Part shown: piece after piece, positions 9,602 through 18,481 of the stretch
Numbering within the stretch: the first letter of the stretch is position 1
How the letters are laid out: the number at the start of each line of letters is the position of its first letter
Source: an uncultured Bdellovibrionales bacterium
GTDB lineage: Bacteria > Patescibacteriota > Minisyncoccia > Moranbacterales > UBA1568
Assembly (NCBI GenBank): GCA_964384235.1
Contig: CAYLJX010000004.1
Coordinates: 15,916-79,915, forward strand
Direction: 5' to 3'
DNA: 64,000 nucleotides
Translations under genes and position numbers: made by a program
The notes under the pieces: generated by a model
The model's database searches: none
Told to the model about the DNA's origin: nothing
The model's input: only the letters and a program-made list of their open reading frames with translations

Positions 9602-10537
9602 TTACGGCGAGACCGTTTCCGGCATATCCCCCATCCTTCGACGCGACAGCCAGAAAAAATAACCGATGATGGCGATGGTTACAAGAGGCGAAAACCATTC
9701 CGGCACATGGTATCCGAAGCCTCCGGAAATCATCACCGCGCCGAGAATAAGGATCGAATACATGGCGCCGTTCTTGAGATAGGCGTAGCGCTTGACGCGC
9801 TCGATATTGGAGACGGTGAGCTGCCGCACCACGATCGCCCCGATGCCGTTCCCGAGAAGGATGAGCGGGACCGAGAGCGTGAAGGCGAAGGCCCCGAGCA
9901 CTCCGTCGATGGAGAAGCTCATATCGATGACTTCCAAGTAGAGGATCTTGCTCACATCGGAGAGATGGCTGTTGTGTACCATCTTCTGTTCCGCTTCCTC
10001 GGCGTGCTGACGGAAACCATGCGTGATGAAGAAAGCCGTCGAACCCACCACGGCCCCGAACGCGAGCATGGGATCGATCTTCATGGCAAACCAGACGATG
10101 ACCGAAAGTGCCACCGAGACGATGGCATAAAACCAGGCGCCCTGCTCGATGAAGAAGCATTCGGCCCGCAGTCCGATCTTCTTGGGCTCGAGAAAGAGCC
10201 AGTGGAGGAACAGGAAGAGGAGGAAGATACCGCCCCCCATGAGGAGGATCGGCGCGGAAGACTGGATAATCGCCGAGACATAGGGATCGTTGGAAAACGT
10301 GGCCGTGAGCGATCCGAACAATCCGAGCTCCGGCGCCGTCGCAAAGACGATGACCCATGGCAGAACGCCGCGCACCAGAAAGACCGCGAAGAAGATTCCC
10401 CACGTCAGGAAGAACCGCCGTGCCTTCTCCCCCATGGTGGAGAGCACTTCGGCGTTGATGACGGCGTTGTCGATGCTCGAGACCGTCTCAAAGAGGATCA
10501 GTCCCAGCACGATGAGTATCATTGAAAAGACATCCAT
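9602..10537 (-). CDS. DUF475 / TerC-like integral membrane protein
   Basis: SIDNAVINA, YLEVIDMSFSIDGVLGAFA, YLKNGAMYSI. Confidence 0.88.
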   Translation of the reverse strand: MDVFSMILIVLGLILFETVSSIDNAVINAEVLSTMGEKARRFFLTWGIFFAVFLVRGVLPWVIVFATAPELGLFGSLTATFSNDPYVSAIIQSSAPILLMGGGIFLLFLFLHWLFLEPKKIGLRAECFFIEQGAWFYAIVSVALSVIVWFAMKIDPMLAFGAVVGSTAFFITHGFRQHAEEAEQKMVHNSHLSDVSKILYLEVIDMSFSIDGVLGAFAFTLSVPLILLGNGIGAIVVRQLTVSNIERVKRYAYLKNGAMYSILILGAVMISGGFGYHVPEWFSPLVTIAIIGYFFWLSRRRMGDMPETVSP

Positions 10538-10542
10538 TCTGA

Positions 10543-10638
10543 AGAATCAGGAATTACGAATCATGAATCAAGAATAGACAAACAAGGGAAGAAATGCAAT
10601 TCCTCGCTCTTGATTCTCAATTCTTGATTCTTTATTCT
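10543..10638. repeat. Inverted pair of degenerate 7-mer arrays (GAATCAN / NTTGATTC)
   Basis: gaatcag gaattac gaatcat gaatcaa gaatag ... cttgatt ctcaatt cttgatt ctttatt. Confidence 0.75.
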
Positions 10639-10641
10639 GCT

Positions 10642-11949
10642 TTACTCAGTCCACTCGGCAGGCGGTACGAAGGGTTTCTTCCGCCATTCTTCCGTCTGTC
10701 GGCAGAGCAGAGCCGGCGCCTCTTTCGGATTGATGAGCAGCTGTTCGACGATCGTCTCCATGCGGAGTCCCTGCGAACCCTTGATGAGGATGAGGTCTTC
10801 CGGATGCACGATGTGGAGAAGCATCTGGATCGCCGAGAGCGGATCGGGAAGCCACAGGACCTGGAGCGGCGGAAAACCGGATGTCATGAGGGCGTCATAC
10901 AGCGCCCGACTGTGTTTGCCCACCGTCACCACCATATGAGCCCCGGAACCGAGGACGGCATCCTTGAGGGCGGCATGTTCCCGATCGGAGTCGGGGCCGA
11001 GCTCCAGCATATCCCCCAAAACTGCGATCTTGCGCGGAGCGGACAGTTCCCGAAGCGTTTCGAGAGCAGCGACTGTCGATACCGGCGAGGCGTTGTACGT
11101 ATCGTCGATCAGGATGGTACCTTCCCTTCCCGGCAAGAGCCGCAACCGTCCCGGGAGCGGTTCGAAGCGCTCCAATGTTCCGGCGATCTCGACCAGGTTC
11201 ATCTTGAGCGCGAGTCCCACGGACACCGCCGAGAGCGCCGCCGGGATATGATGACGTGCGATGAGCTTCGGCAGACGAAGCGGAATCGTCTTGCCGTCGA
11301 AGTTGAGCTTCAGACTGTACCCTTCGACCCGCTTGGCTTCTCGATGAAAAAGAATGTTATCCGCCCGTACTGCCGCACCCTCGGAAAATCCGTACGACAG
11401 CACTTTGGCCTTGGTCTTCTCCGCCATCTTCAGCGTACGCTTGTCATCCGCGTTCACGACAGCGAACCCGTCTTCTGGAAGTCCGACGATCAGGCGTCCT
11501 TTTTCTTTGGCGATATTGGTGATCGATCCGAAAAATTCCATGTGGCTCGACGACACCCCCGTCGCGACACCGACCTTCACCGGCACGAACGACAGGAGAT
11601 AGTCCATATCTCCCGGCCGATCGATTCCCATTTCCAGTACCAGTACCTGGGGATACCGCGTCGGAACCAGCATGAGCCAGAGGAAACGGAAACCCACTCC
11701 CGCCCAGCGAAAGAGGGAACTATTGCCGCTCCTGGCACCCAGGATAGTGAGCGGGATACCGACCTCGTTGTTGTAGTTCCCTTCGGATTTCCGGACATGG
11801 AACTGCGAAGAGAGCACGAGCGCGATCGCTTCCTTGGTCGAGCTTTTTCCCACCGAACCGGTCACTCCCACCACAAGCGGCTCATATTTCCGGAGTACCG
11901 CCTGGGCCATGAAGCGCAGGATCTGTTCCAACAGTTTTCTTTTTGTCAT
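10642..11949 (-). CDS. murF: UDP-MurNAc-tripeptide:D-Ala-D-Ala ligase
   Basis: GVTGSVGKSSTKE, GNYNNEVGIPLT, DDTYNASP, LGDMLELG, KGS; start moved to ATG 11949. Confidence 0.93.
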   Translation of the reverse strand: MTKRKLLEQILRFMAQAVLRKYEPLVVGVTGSVGKSSTKEAIALVLSSQFHVRKSEGNYNNEVGIPLTILGARSGNSSLFRWAGVGFRFLWLMLVPTRYPQVLVLEMGIDRPGDMDYLLSFVPVKVGVATGVSSSHMEFFGSITNIAKEKGRLIVGLPEDGFAVVNADDKRTLKMAEKTKAKVLSYGFSEGAAVRADNILFHREAKRVEGYSLKLNFDGKTIPLRLPKLIARHHIPAALSAVSVGLALKMNLVEIAGTLERFEPLPGRLRLLPGREGTILIDDTYNASPVSTVAALETLRELSAPRKIAVLGDMLELGPDSDREHAALKDAVLGSGAHMVVTVGKHSRALYDALMTSGFPPLQVLWLPDPLSAIQMLLHIVHPEDLILIKGSQGLRMETIVEQLLINPKEAPALLCRQTEEWRKKPFVPPAEWTE

Positions 11950-13724
11950 AACGGCTTTTTCTTCACTTCTTCCGTCGGCTGCACCTTGGAATACTCTAAC
12001 AGGAATTTCATGATCTGGCCAAAGGTCGGCGCGGCGCTCGACTCCGCCCATTCCACGTCCTTAGGGTTGTCGATCTTGACCAGGACGACGAACTTCGGAT
12101 CATCGATCGGAGCGTACCCGACGAACGAACCGATCGACACACCCTCCTCATACCCCTTGGCATCGCTCTTGGCTACCTGCGCCGTGCCCGTCTTGCCCCC
12201 GACGAGATATCCCGGCACATCGGCCCGCTTGCCATGGCCGTTCACGACGACGTTCCGGAGCATTTTGCCGATCTTCCGGCTCGTTTCCTCGCTTAAGACC
12301 TGGCGGATCGTCTCCGGTCGCACGTCCTCCACATCGCCGTCCGCATGGACGACACGGCTCACCAGATGGGGGCGCATGAGTCTGCCGCCGTTCGCGAGCG
12401 CCGCATAGGCCGTCACGAGCTGCAGGGGCGTCACCGTGATGCCCTGACCGAACGAGGCGGTGTAGAACTGGATATCACGCCGCGTATCCTCGAGATGGCG
12501 GATATTTCCGGAGAGCTCCGCCGGCAACTGCACGCCGGTCTTCTCACCGAAACCGAAACGTTTGAAATAATTCCTGAAGGCCGTGTTGCCGACGAGCTTT
12601 TCCACATAGATGACACCCGTATTGATGGATTCCTCCAGGACCTTGGTCATCGAGCTTTTCCCATACACCTTGTCTTCCGAGTTACGGATATGGTACCCGC
12701 CGATGCTCACCACGCCCGTATCGACATATTCCGTGTCCGGCGAGACTTTCCCTTCCTCCAGACCGATAGCCATCGTGATCGGCTTGATCACCGAGCCGGG
12801 TTCGTAGGAGAGGCTCACGGCCGGGTTGAGGAAGCGCGAGTAATCCGTCTCCTCGGAATACCGGTTCGGGTCGAACTGCGGCAGGGACGCCATCGAGAGG
12901 ACGTTCCCGGTCCCGGGATCCATGACGATCGCCGTCACCCGGTCGGCCCGGAATTTTTCCAGCGCCTCCTTGAGGATCTTTTCCGTCTCGTACTGGATGA
13001 CCCGGTCGAGCGTCAGTACGAGAGAGTCGCCGTTTTTCGCGCCGACGACCTCCCGGTCGGAAAACGGGATCCAGCGACCGGCCGCATCCTTCTCCTGGGA
13101 GAGTCGCCCGTCCTGCCCCTTGAGCGCGGCATCGAAAGACGTCTCTATGCCGTACCCGCCGGCCCCCCGCTCATCCAGACTCGCGAACCCGATCACCTGC
13201 GAAGCGAGCTCTCCCGCCGGATAATACCGGTACTTCTCGGGAAGAAGCGCCACTCCGCGGAGTCGCAGCTCTTTCACGCGCGACACCTCGTCGTCACTCA
13301 AGCGTTTCTTGACGATCTCGAACGGATCGTCGGGGCGATCGAGTTTCTCCCGGATGGTCCCGGCATCCAAGGAAAGGACCCGGGACAGTTCGATGGCGGT
13401 CCGGTCCTTCTCGGTCACGTCCTTGGGGACGACGTAGACCGTCTCGTACTCGCGATTGATGGCTATAGGATACGTTCCCTCGCTGTCGCGTATGGATATC
13501 TCTCCCCGGTCGGCGATGATGTCCTGAAAGAGGAAATGCTGGTCGCCGGCAAGCGCCGTCCACTTGTCATGCCCGTATACCTGGAGGAAATACAGCCGGA
13601 CCGTGAGTGCCGCTCCGATCAGAAGAAAAAAGACAAAAAAAAGACGAAGTCTCGTCCCTTCCCCTAATGTCCACCCGGATACCGTTTGCGGTTTGGAGCG
13701 TGAGTGAAAGGAGATCTTGCGCAT
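11946..13724 (-). CDS. ftsI: Class B penicillin-binding protein (FtsI-like)
   Basis: N-terminal TM; YEPGSVIK (SxxK), SIN (SxN), KTGTAQ; dcw position. Confidence 0.88.
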   Translation of the reverse strand: MRKISFHSRSKPQTVSGWTLGEGTRLRLFFVFFLLIGAALTVRLYFLQVYGHDKWTALAGDQHFLFQDIIADRGEISIRDSEGTYPIAINREYETVYVVPKDVTEKDRTAIELSRVLSLDAGTIREKLDRPDDPFEIVKKRLSDDEVSRVKELRLRGVALLPEKYRYYPAGELASQVIGFASLDERGAGGYGIETSFDAALKGQDGRLSQEKDAAGRWIPFSDREVVGAKNGDSLVLTLDRVIQYETEKILKEALEKFRADRVTAIVMDPGTGNVLSMASLPQFDPNRYSEETDYSRFLNPAVSLSYEPGSVIKPITMAIGLEEGKVSPDTEYVDTGVVSIGGYHIRNSEDKVYGKSSMTKVLEESINTGVIYVEKLVGNTAFRNYFKRFGFGEKTGVQLPAELSGNIRHLEDTRRDIQFYTASFGQGITVTPLQLVTAYAALANGGRLMRPHLVSRVVHADGDVEDVRPETIRQVLSEETSRKIGKMLRNVVVNGHGKRADVPGYLVGGKTGTAQVAKSDAKGYEEGVSIGSFVGYAPIDDPKFVVLVKIDNPKDVEWAESSAAPTFGQIMKFLLEYSKVQPTEEVKKKPL

Positions 13725-13756
13725 AAGGGGGAAAAGTCAGGAAACAGGAAAGGGAT

Positions 13757-14107
13757 CTACCGCAAGGCGACCTTGCCGCGCTCCTCGAGATAGATGACGT
13801 TATCGGGTTTCTGCATGTTCCCCACCTCGCCCGACGACTCCAACCGATAGAGCGAACGCAGGTCGGCTTCCGTGATCTTGAGCTCGGCATTCTCCTCCTT
13901 GAGCCGGTCAATCTCCTTTTCCAGAGTACGGATATGATAACCCTGTACCGCGCTTTGGTTGACCGAATACAGATACCACCCTCCCATGACGAAACAGGTC
14001 ATCAATACACCGATGAGGTACGGATGCACCGAACCGGAGACACTCTTCTTAGGAGACCTCGCGGGAACGGTCGGCTGGTTGTGCTGTACCATACGGCGCA
14101 TACGCAA
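13757..14107 (-). CDS. FtsL-like bitopic coiled-coil protein
   Basis: One TM helix plus a leucine-zipper segment, located between rsmH and the PBP gene. Confidence 0.65.
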   Translation of the reverse strand: MRMRRMVQHNQPTVPARSPKKSVSGSVHPYLIGVLMTCFVMGGWYLYSVNQSAVQGYHIRTLEKEIDRLKEENAELKITEADLRSLYRLESSGEVGNMQKPDNVIYLEERGKVALR

Positions 14108-14163
14108 AAAGGATTCGATCAGGTTGTATATTGGTTTTTCTTTTCGGTCCGAAGCTTTCTGCT

Positions 14164-15174
14164 TCAGATCTTTTCCGCGACACGGAGCTTGGCGCTCCGG
14201 GCCCGTGGATTGTCCTCGATCTCTTTCTTGGTCGGAATGATCGGGCGTTTCGTGATGATCTTCAATCGCGGAGACTGCCCGCAGCGACAGACCGGGAACT
14301 CAGGGGGGCAGACGCAGCCGCGAGCCTCTTCCTGAAAGAACCGCTTCACCGCCCTGTCCTCGCCGGAATGAAACGTGATGACCGCCAACCGGCCGCCGGA
14401 TCGAAGCATCCGCATCGCCGCCGGCAGGAACCGCTCCAGACGTTCCTCCTCACGATTGACCGCGATACGGAGTGCTTGGAACGTTTTCGTCGCCGGATGG
14501 ATGCTCATCCGGAAACGCCGTCGTTTCGGATAGGCGCTCTCGATGAGATCCGCGAGCGCTCTGGTCGTCGCGATCGGTTTCTCTGTTCTCGCCGCGACGA
14601 TCGCTTTCGTAATGCGACGACTCTCCGGTTCCTCGCCGTAGTCGTGAAAGATCTTTTCGAGCTCTTCCGGAGCGTACGTATTGACAATTTCGTCCGCCGT
14701 CAACGTTTCGCTTCGATCGAGACGCATGTCGAGCGGCCCGTCCTTCTGAAAAGAAAGTCCGCGCGCATCACTCTCGATCTGATCCGACGAAAACCCCAGG
14801 TCGGCGAGGATCGCATCGACACTCGACACGCCGATCGCCGTCAATCGTTCCTCGAGATCGGCGAAGTTGCTCCGCAGCATGAGAAGTGTTCCCTCCTTGA
14901 ACGCTTCCCGTGCATACGGGACATCCGCGAGCCGATCCTGGAAACGATCGATGGCTTCCTGGTCGGTATCGAATGCGATGAGTCGACCTTCCGGCCTGCC
15001 CGAATCGCAACGCTTCGCTTGCGAATCGTTGCGGGCGGGACGGACGCGCTCGAGCATGGCGAGCGTATGCCCGCCACCGCCCAAGGTCGCATCCACCACC
15101 GTCATTCCTTTGGCAAGGTGCAGCCCTTCCACTGTCTCTTTCAGCAATACCGGAATATGTTTCGTCTTCGACAT
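14164..15174 (-). CDS. rsmH: 16S rRNA m4C1402 methyltransferase, carrying a 15-aa in-frame palindromic insertion
   Basis: HIPVLL, DATLGGGGH, DLGFSS, GPLDMR, HPATKTFQALRIAVN, NPRARSAKLR. Confidence 0.97.
   Translation of the reverse strand: MSKTKHIPVLLKETVEGLHLAKGMTVVDATLGGGGHTLAMLERVRPARNDSQAKRCDSGRPEGRLIAFDTDQEAIDRFQDRLADVPYAREAFKEGTLLMLRSNFADLEERLTAIGVSSVDAILADLGFSSDQIESDARGLSFQKDGPLDMRLDRSETLTADEIVNTYAPEELEKIFHDYGEEPESRRITKAIVAARTEKPIATTRALADLIESAYPKRRRFRMSIHPATKTFQALRIAVNREEERLERFLPAAMRMLRSGGRLAVITFHSGEDRAVKRFFQEEARGCVCPPEFPVCRCGQSPRLKIITKRPIIPTKKEIEDNPRARSAKLRVAEKI
14995..15039. repeat. 45-bp palindromic element inserted in frame in rsmH
   Basis: cctgcccg/cgggcggg stem with inner tcgcaa/ttgcga; removing it restores ERVRPEGRLIAFD. 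Confidence 0.75.
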
Positions 15175-15180
15175 ACAACC

Positions 15181-15292
15181 CAAAACTCAAAAGTCAAAAG
15201 AAATGTCACGCCTGAAAACTTTTTTCACTTTTGATTTTTGACTTGTACTTGTCTTTCGGTTTTCCCTGTTGCCTATCGCCTACTGCCTATAT
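15181..15292. repeat. Degenerate 7-mer arrays (caaaact / ttttgac, then gcctac)
   Basis: caaaact caaaagt caaaag ... cttttga tttttga cttg; gcctatc gcctact gcctat. Confidence 0.6.
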
Positions 15293-15300
15293 TTCCTGTC

Positions 15301-15735
15301 CTAATACACTCCCAGCTTCCCAAGCTCCTCCGCGATCTTGCCCGTGTTCTTCTCGGCGGACTGCTTGTACTTCTTCCACTTCTCTTCGCTCCAGATTTCC
15401 AATCGGTTATAGAGTCCCACCACGACCACGTCCTTCCTGAGTCCCGCGTACGACTTGAGGTATTCCGGCACGAGCACGCGGCCCTGACTGTCGAGATCGA
15501 CGTCCGTCGCGCCCGCGAGCATGAGCCGGATGAAACTGCGCGTCCCCGCCTCGCCGACCGGGAGATTGCCGAGCTTCTCGGCGAGTCCCTCCCACACCTT
15601 CATCGGATAGACAAAGAGACAGTCATCGAGACCGCGCGTCACCACCACGCGGCTCCCGAGCTCCCCGCGGAACTTCGAAGGAAGCGCGAGGCGCTTCTTG
15701 GGATCGATGGTATGTGAGTATTCGCCGATGAACAT
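15301..15735 (-). CDS. mraZ: Division/cell-wall cluster repressor MraZ
   Basis: MFIGEYSHTIDPKKRLALP, DSQGRVLVP, LEIW; start at ATG 15735. Confidence 0.97.
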   Translation of the reverse strand: MFIGEYSHTIDPKKRLALPSKFRGELGSRVVVTRGLDDCLFVYPMKVWEGLAEKLGNLPVGEAGTRSFIRLMLAGATDVDLDSQGRVLVPEYLKSYAGLRKDVVVVGLYNRLEIWSEEKWKKYKQSAEKNTGKIAEELGKLGVY

Positions 15736-15847
15736 GACGCTCGGAAAAGGAATTACTCCGCGACGAAAACCAAAATGAAGAAACTTCAGAGAAAACATTT
15801 TCCCCCTGAAATGTTTCAAAGAAGATAGTGGTGCCTTTTCAAGTTCC

Positions 15848-15927
15848 CCACTTTCACCCACTTTGGTTCACCGTATCCCCATTGTACGCCACCCCTCCAC
15901 CCCCGTCAACATTCCGACTTATCCACA
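15848..15927 (-). promoter_or_regulatory. dcw promoter with MraZ-type GTGG repeats and a DnaA box
   Basis: TTGACG(15904-09)-17 bp-TACAAT(15881-86); GTGG-like repeats at about 10-bp phase across 15848-15900; TTATCCACA at 15919-27. Confidence 0.75.
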
Positions 15928-15930
15928 ACA

Positions 15931-15953
15931 AAAACGGCTCTGCAGAGCCGTTT
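15931..15953. terminator. Hairpin terminator downstream of pepA
   Basis: aaacggctc tgca gagccgttt. Confidence 0.6.
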
Positions 15954-15968
15954 ACCAACAAACCAAGA

Positions 15969-16143
15969 GTTTTCAAAACTTTCATTTTCTTTCTCCGTGT
16001 GACGTCGGTAACATTTCTCACGAACGAGCCGGTAACGGTCGAGCGTGACAGATGGTCTCGACAGGACAGCTCCCCGTTCGGCAGAGTGAGTAAGAAATGT
16101 TCGACGGAACGAAAGGGAAAGAAAATGCAAAGATTTTGAAAAC
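15969..16143. repeat. Long imperfect rod-like hairpin (~175 nt), MITE-like or ncRNA
   Basis: gttttcaaaa/ttttgaaaac; cattttctttc/gaaagaaaatg; aacatttct/agaaatgtt; gtcgag/ctcgac. Confidence 0.7.
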
Positions 16144-16159
16144 GTTCCGTTAAATCTAA

Positions 16160-17563
16160 TCAGAACTTTTCTAGCAACTTCACTAATAGTCGTACCGGGG
16201 CGCCGGCAGAACCCTTGGAGAGGAACTCGTCGGGAAGCGTTTCCATGCGCGGCGCGATATCGAGATGCACCCACGGGTACGCTTTGTCCACGAACTGTTT
16301 GAGAAACGCGGCGGCCGTGATCGCTCCGCCCCATCTGGTCTTGCCAAAGTTGGAAATATCGCCGAAGGTACCCTTGATATCCTGATCGTACTCGTCCCAG
16401 AGCGGAAGCGGCCAGACATAGTCACCGCTCTCCTCGCCGAGATGACGGAAACGCCGTTCGAGTTCCTCGTTCTCCGTAAAGAGCGCGCTCGCCCGTTCGC
16501 CGAGCGCCACCATCGCCGCACCGGTAAGTGTCGCCACGTCCACGACGAGTGACGGCTTGTACCGCTTGGCATAGTGAAGCGCGTCGGCCAAGATGATGCG
16601 GCCCTCCGCATCGGTATTGTCCACCTGGATGGTCTTGCCGCTCATGGAGCGGAGCACATCACCGGGCCGGTAGCTCGATCCGGACGGCATGTTCTCGACT
16701 GCCGGAATGAGCGCGACGATATTCTTCTTCAGTTTCAGACGCGCCGCCGCCGCGAGCGCGTGGATGACCGCTGCGCCCCCTGACATGTCCATGTTCATCC
16801 CGAGGACGGCCTCGCTCGGCTTGAGGTTGATACCGCCCGTATCAAACGTCACGCCCTTGCCGACCAACACGATGGATTTTTCCTTTGCATTTTTTGCACC
16901 GAAATATTCGAGAATGATGAATCGTGGTTTCGCCTCCGATCCCTTACCGACACCGAGCACGCCACCCATCTTGAGTTTTTTCATGGCTTCCTCGTCAAGC
17001 ACCGTGAGCTTCACCGGCAGCCCCTTGACCGATGCCCTGACGTGCTTGGCCAGGAGCTCCGGCGTCATCTCGCCGCCAGGCATGGTCGCGATGTGACGCG
17101 AACGGTTCGTCTCTTCCCCGACGACTTGCCCCCGCTCGATGCCGTCACGCACTTCCTTGCCGGCCGCGTTCACCAGGACGATTTCCTCGACATGCACGAA
17201 CCCCTCCTTCGGCTCGGAGAGAAAATCCTCGAACGCGAAATCCGCCAGAAAACAATTGACTGCCAGGAGCTCCGCAAGGTCTCTATCGCTCATTCCAAGA
17301 TGCGGGAAGCGAAACGATGAAAAATCGATGACAATCGTCTTGTATTTCCTGGCGATAGCCTCACGCACGATGCGCCGCGCGAGAAGGATGAGTTTCCGTC
17401 GTGTCATCTCGTCACTCTTGCCAACGACGAGCGAGATCGTCGCCCGACCACCCTGTTCACGGAGCACTCCGTCTTTTCCTTCTTCCGCGAGTACGGCCGC
17501 AAGCGTGCCTTTCTTCTGCCAGTACGATACATTTTCCCGAGAGATCTTGAAACGCATAGGCAA
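16160..17563 (-). CDS. pepA: Leucyl aminopeptidase (M17)
   Basis: VGKGVTFDTGG, DMSGGA, NTDAEGR, DVATLTGA, WVHLDIA. Confidence 0.95.
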   Translation of the reverse strand: MPMRFKISRENVSYWQKKGTLAAVLAEEGKDGVLREQGGRATISLVVGKSDEMTRRKLILLARRIVREAIARKYKTIVIDFSSFRFPHLGMSDRDLAELLAVNCFLADFAFEDFLSEPKEGFVHVEEIVLVNAAGKEVRDGIERGQVVGEETNRSRHIATMPGGEMTPELLAKHVRASVKGLPVKLTVLDEEAMKKLKMGGVLGVGKGSEAKPRFIILEYFGAKNAKEKSIVLVGKGVTFDTGGINLKPSEAVLGMNMDMSGGAAVIHALAAAARLKLKKNIVALIPAVENMPSGSSYRPGDVLRSMSGKTIQVDNTDAEGRIILADALHYAKRYKPSLVVDVATLTGAAMVALGERASALFTENEELERRFRHLGEESGDYVWPLPLWDEYDQDIKGTFGDISNFGKTRWGGAITAAAFLKQFVDKAYPWVHLDIAPRMETLPDEFLSKGSAGAPVRLLVKLLEKF

Positions 17564-17717
17564 AACCTTATCCGTTTATGGAAGTAGTATCCTACCATGT
17601 TTTAAAAAAAAGAAAAACCCGGGGCCATGTTGGACCGCCGGGGAAACCCGTCGAAGGTGGGAGGTTCCTTCACCAGGAAAGGGCTCGTTACATGCTTCTC
17701 AATACGAGAGACGGTTA

Positions 17718-17861
17718 CTAGGAACCGTCTTCCTCGTGATCGTCGTCTCCGCCCCTTACCGGTTCATCGAGCTTCTCTTCGCTCGTTTCCGGATTCTCCG
17801 AAAAGTAACGATGACTGGTCAGCATGAACACCAGCCTTACAACAGTATCCGACACCTGCAT
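17718..17861 (-). CDS. Small acidic orphan protein (47 aa), not in the ORF track
   Basis: MQVSDTVVRLVFMLTSHRYFSENPETSEEKLDEPVRGGDDDHEEDGS*, with GAAGGAG SD and its own promoter. Confidence 0.5.
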   Translation of the reverse strand: MQVSDTVVRLVFMLTSHRYFSENPETSEEKLDEPVRGGDDDHEEDGS

Positions 17862-17967
17862 ACTCTCTCCTTCCCATTCCAGTTGTTAAGATCCTAAAAA
17901 ACAAAAACGGCCGCGCGCAACGGTGGGTCGTTTTTCTCTGTGCCAAAATCCCCTCAGGCACCAAGAG

Positions 17968-17996
17968 AGTCTAGCACGGATTCCTCCCCATGTCAA
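17968..17996 (-). promoter_or_regulatory. Sigma70-type promoter
   Basis: TTGACA-17 bp-TAGACT on the minus strand. Confidence 0.7.
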
Positions 17997-18054
17997 TTCT
18001 CACAAGAAAAGCAAAAGACCCGCGAGCAGATCTTCTGCTTACGAGCCATAGCTC

Positions 18055-18405
18055 TCACGAAACTCCCAGAAACGGGAAGATCTGGACACGTACCGGGAGA
18101 TCACGCCCACCGTCCGGAAGATGCTTCCGTACCTCCTGCACGATGAAATCCTCGCATTCAGCATGCCGCTCATGGTGTTCCGAGGAACCGCTCGTCCAAA
18201 TGACGATCTCGACGGCGGACATATTGACGTCCGCCGGCCCGGCCGCTTGCACCGCTACCCTGACATCGGACGATGCGACGCGCTTGCCCGCACCTTTCCC
18301 TTCCGGATCGAACAGTGCCGAAACGATACCGGGAAGAGCGCCCGCAAGACGCCTCAGCTGGTCGCTTTTCAATCCGTTCTTGTACCACAGCATCACCAAC
18401 GGCAT
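18055..18405 (-). CDS. Orphan protein, possible tautomerase/MIF-like fold
   Basis: AAGGAG SD precedes ATG 18405, giving MPLVMLW (Pro-1); 116 aa with a beta-alpha-beta-like pattern. Confidence 0.6.
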   Translation of the reverse strand: MPLVMLWYKNGLKSDQLRRLAGALPGIVSALFDPEGKGAGKRVASSDVRVAVQAAGPADVNMSAVEIVIWTSGSSEHHERHAECEDFIVQEVRKHLPDGGRDLPVRVQIFPFLGVS

Positions 18406-18481
18406 GATTTCTCTCCTTGTTAAGTTTCTGTCCAAATGGACTCCCGACGATACCATGTATCCCATCTTTTGTCCGCTTCCG

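Noticed and set aside
10543-10638. Repeat arrays as possible CRISPR
   Set aside because: Units are 7-8 bp with no unique spacers, and no cas genes are present.
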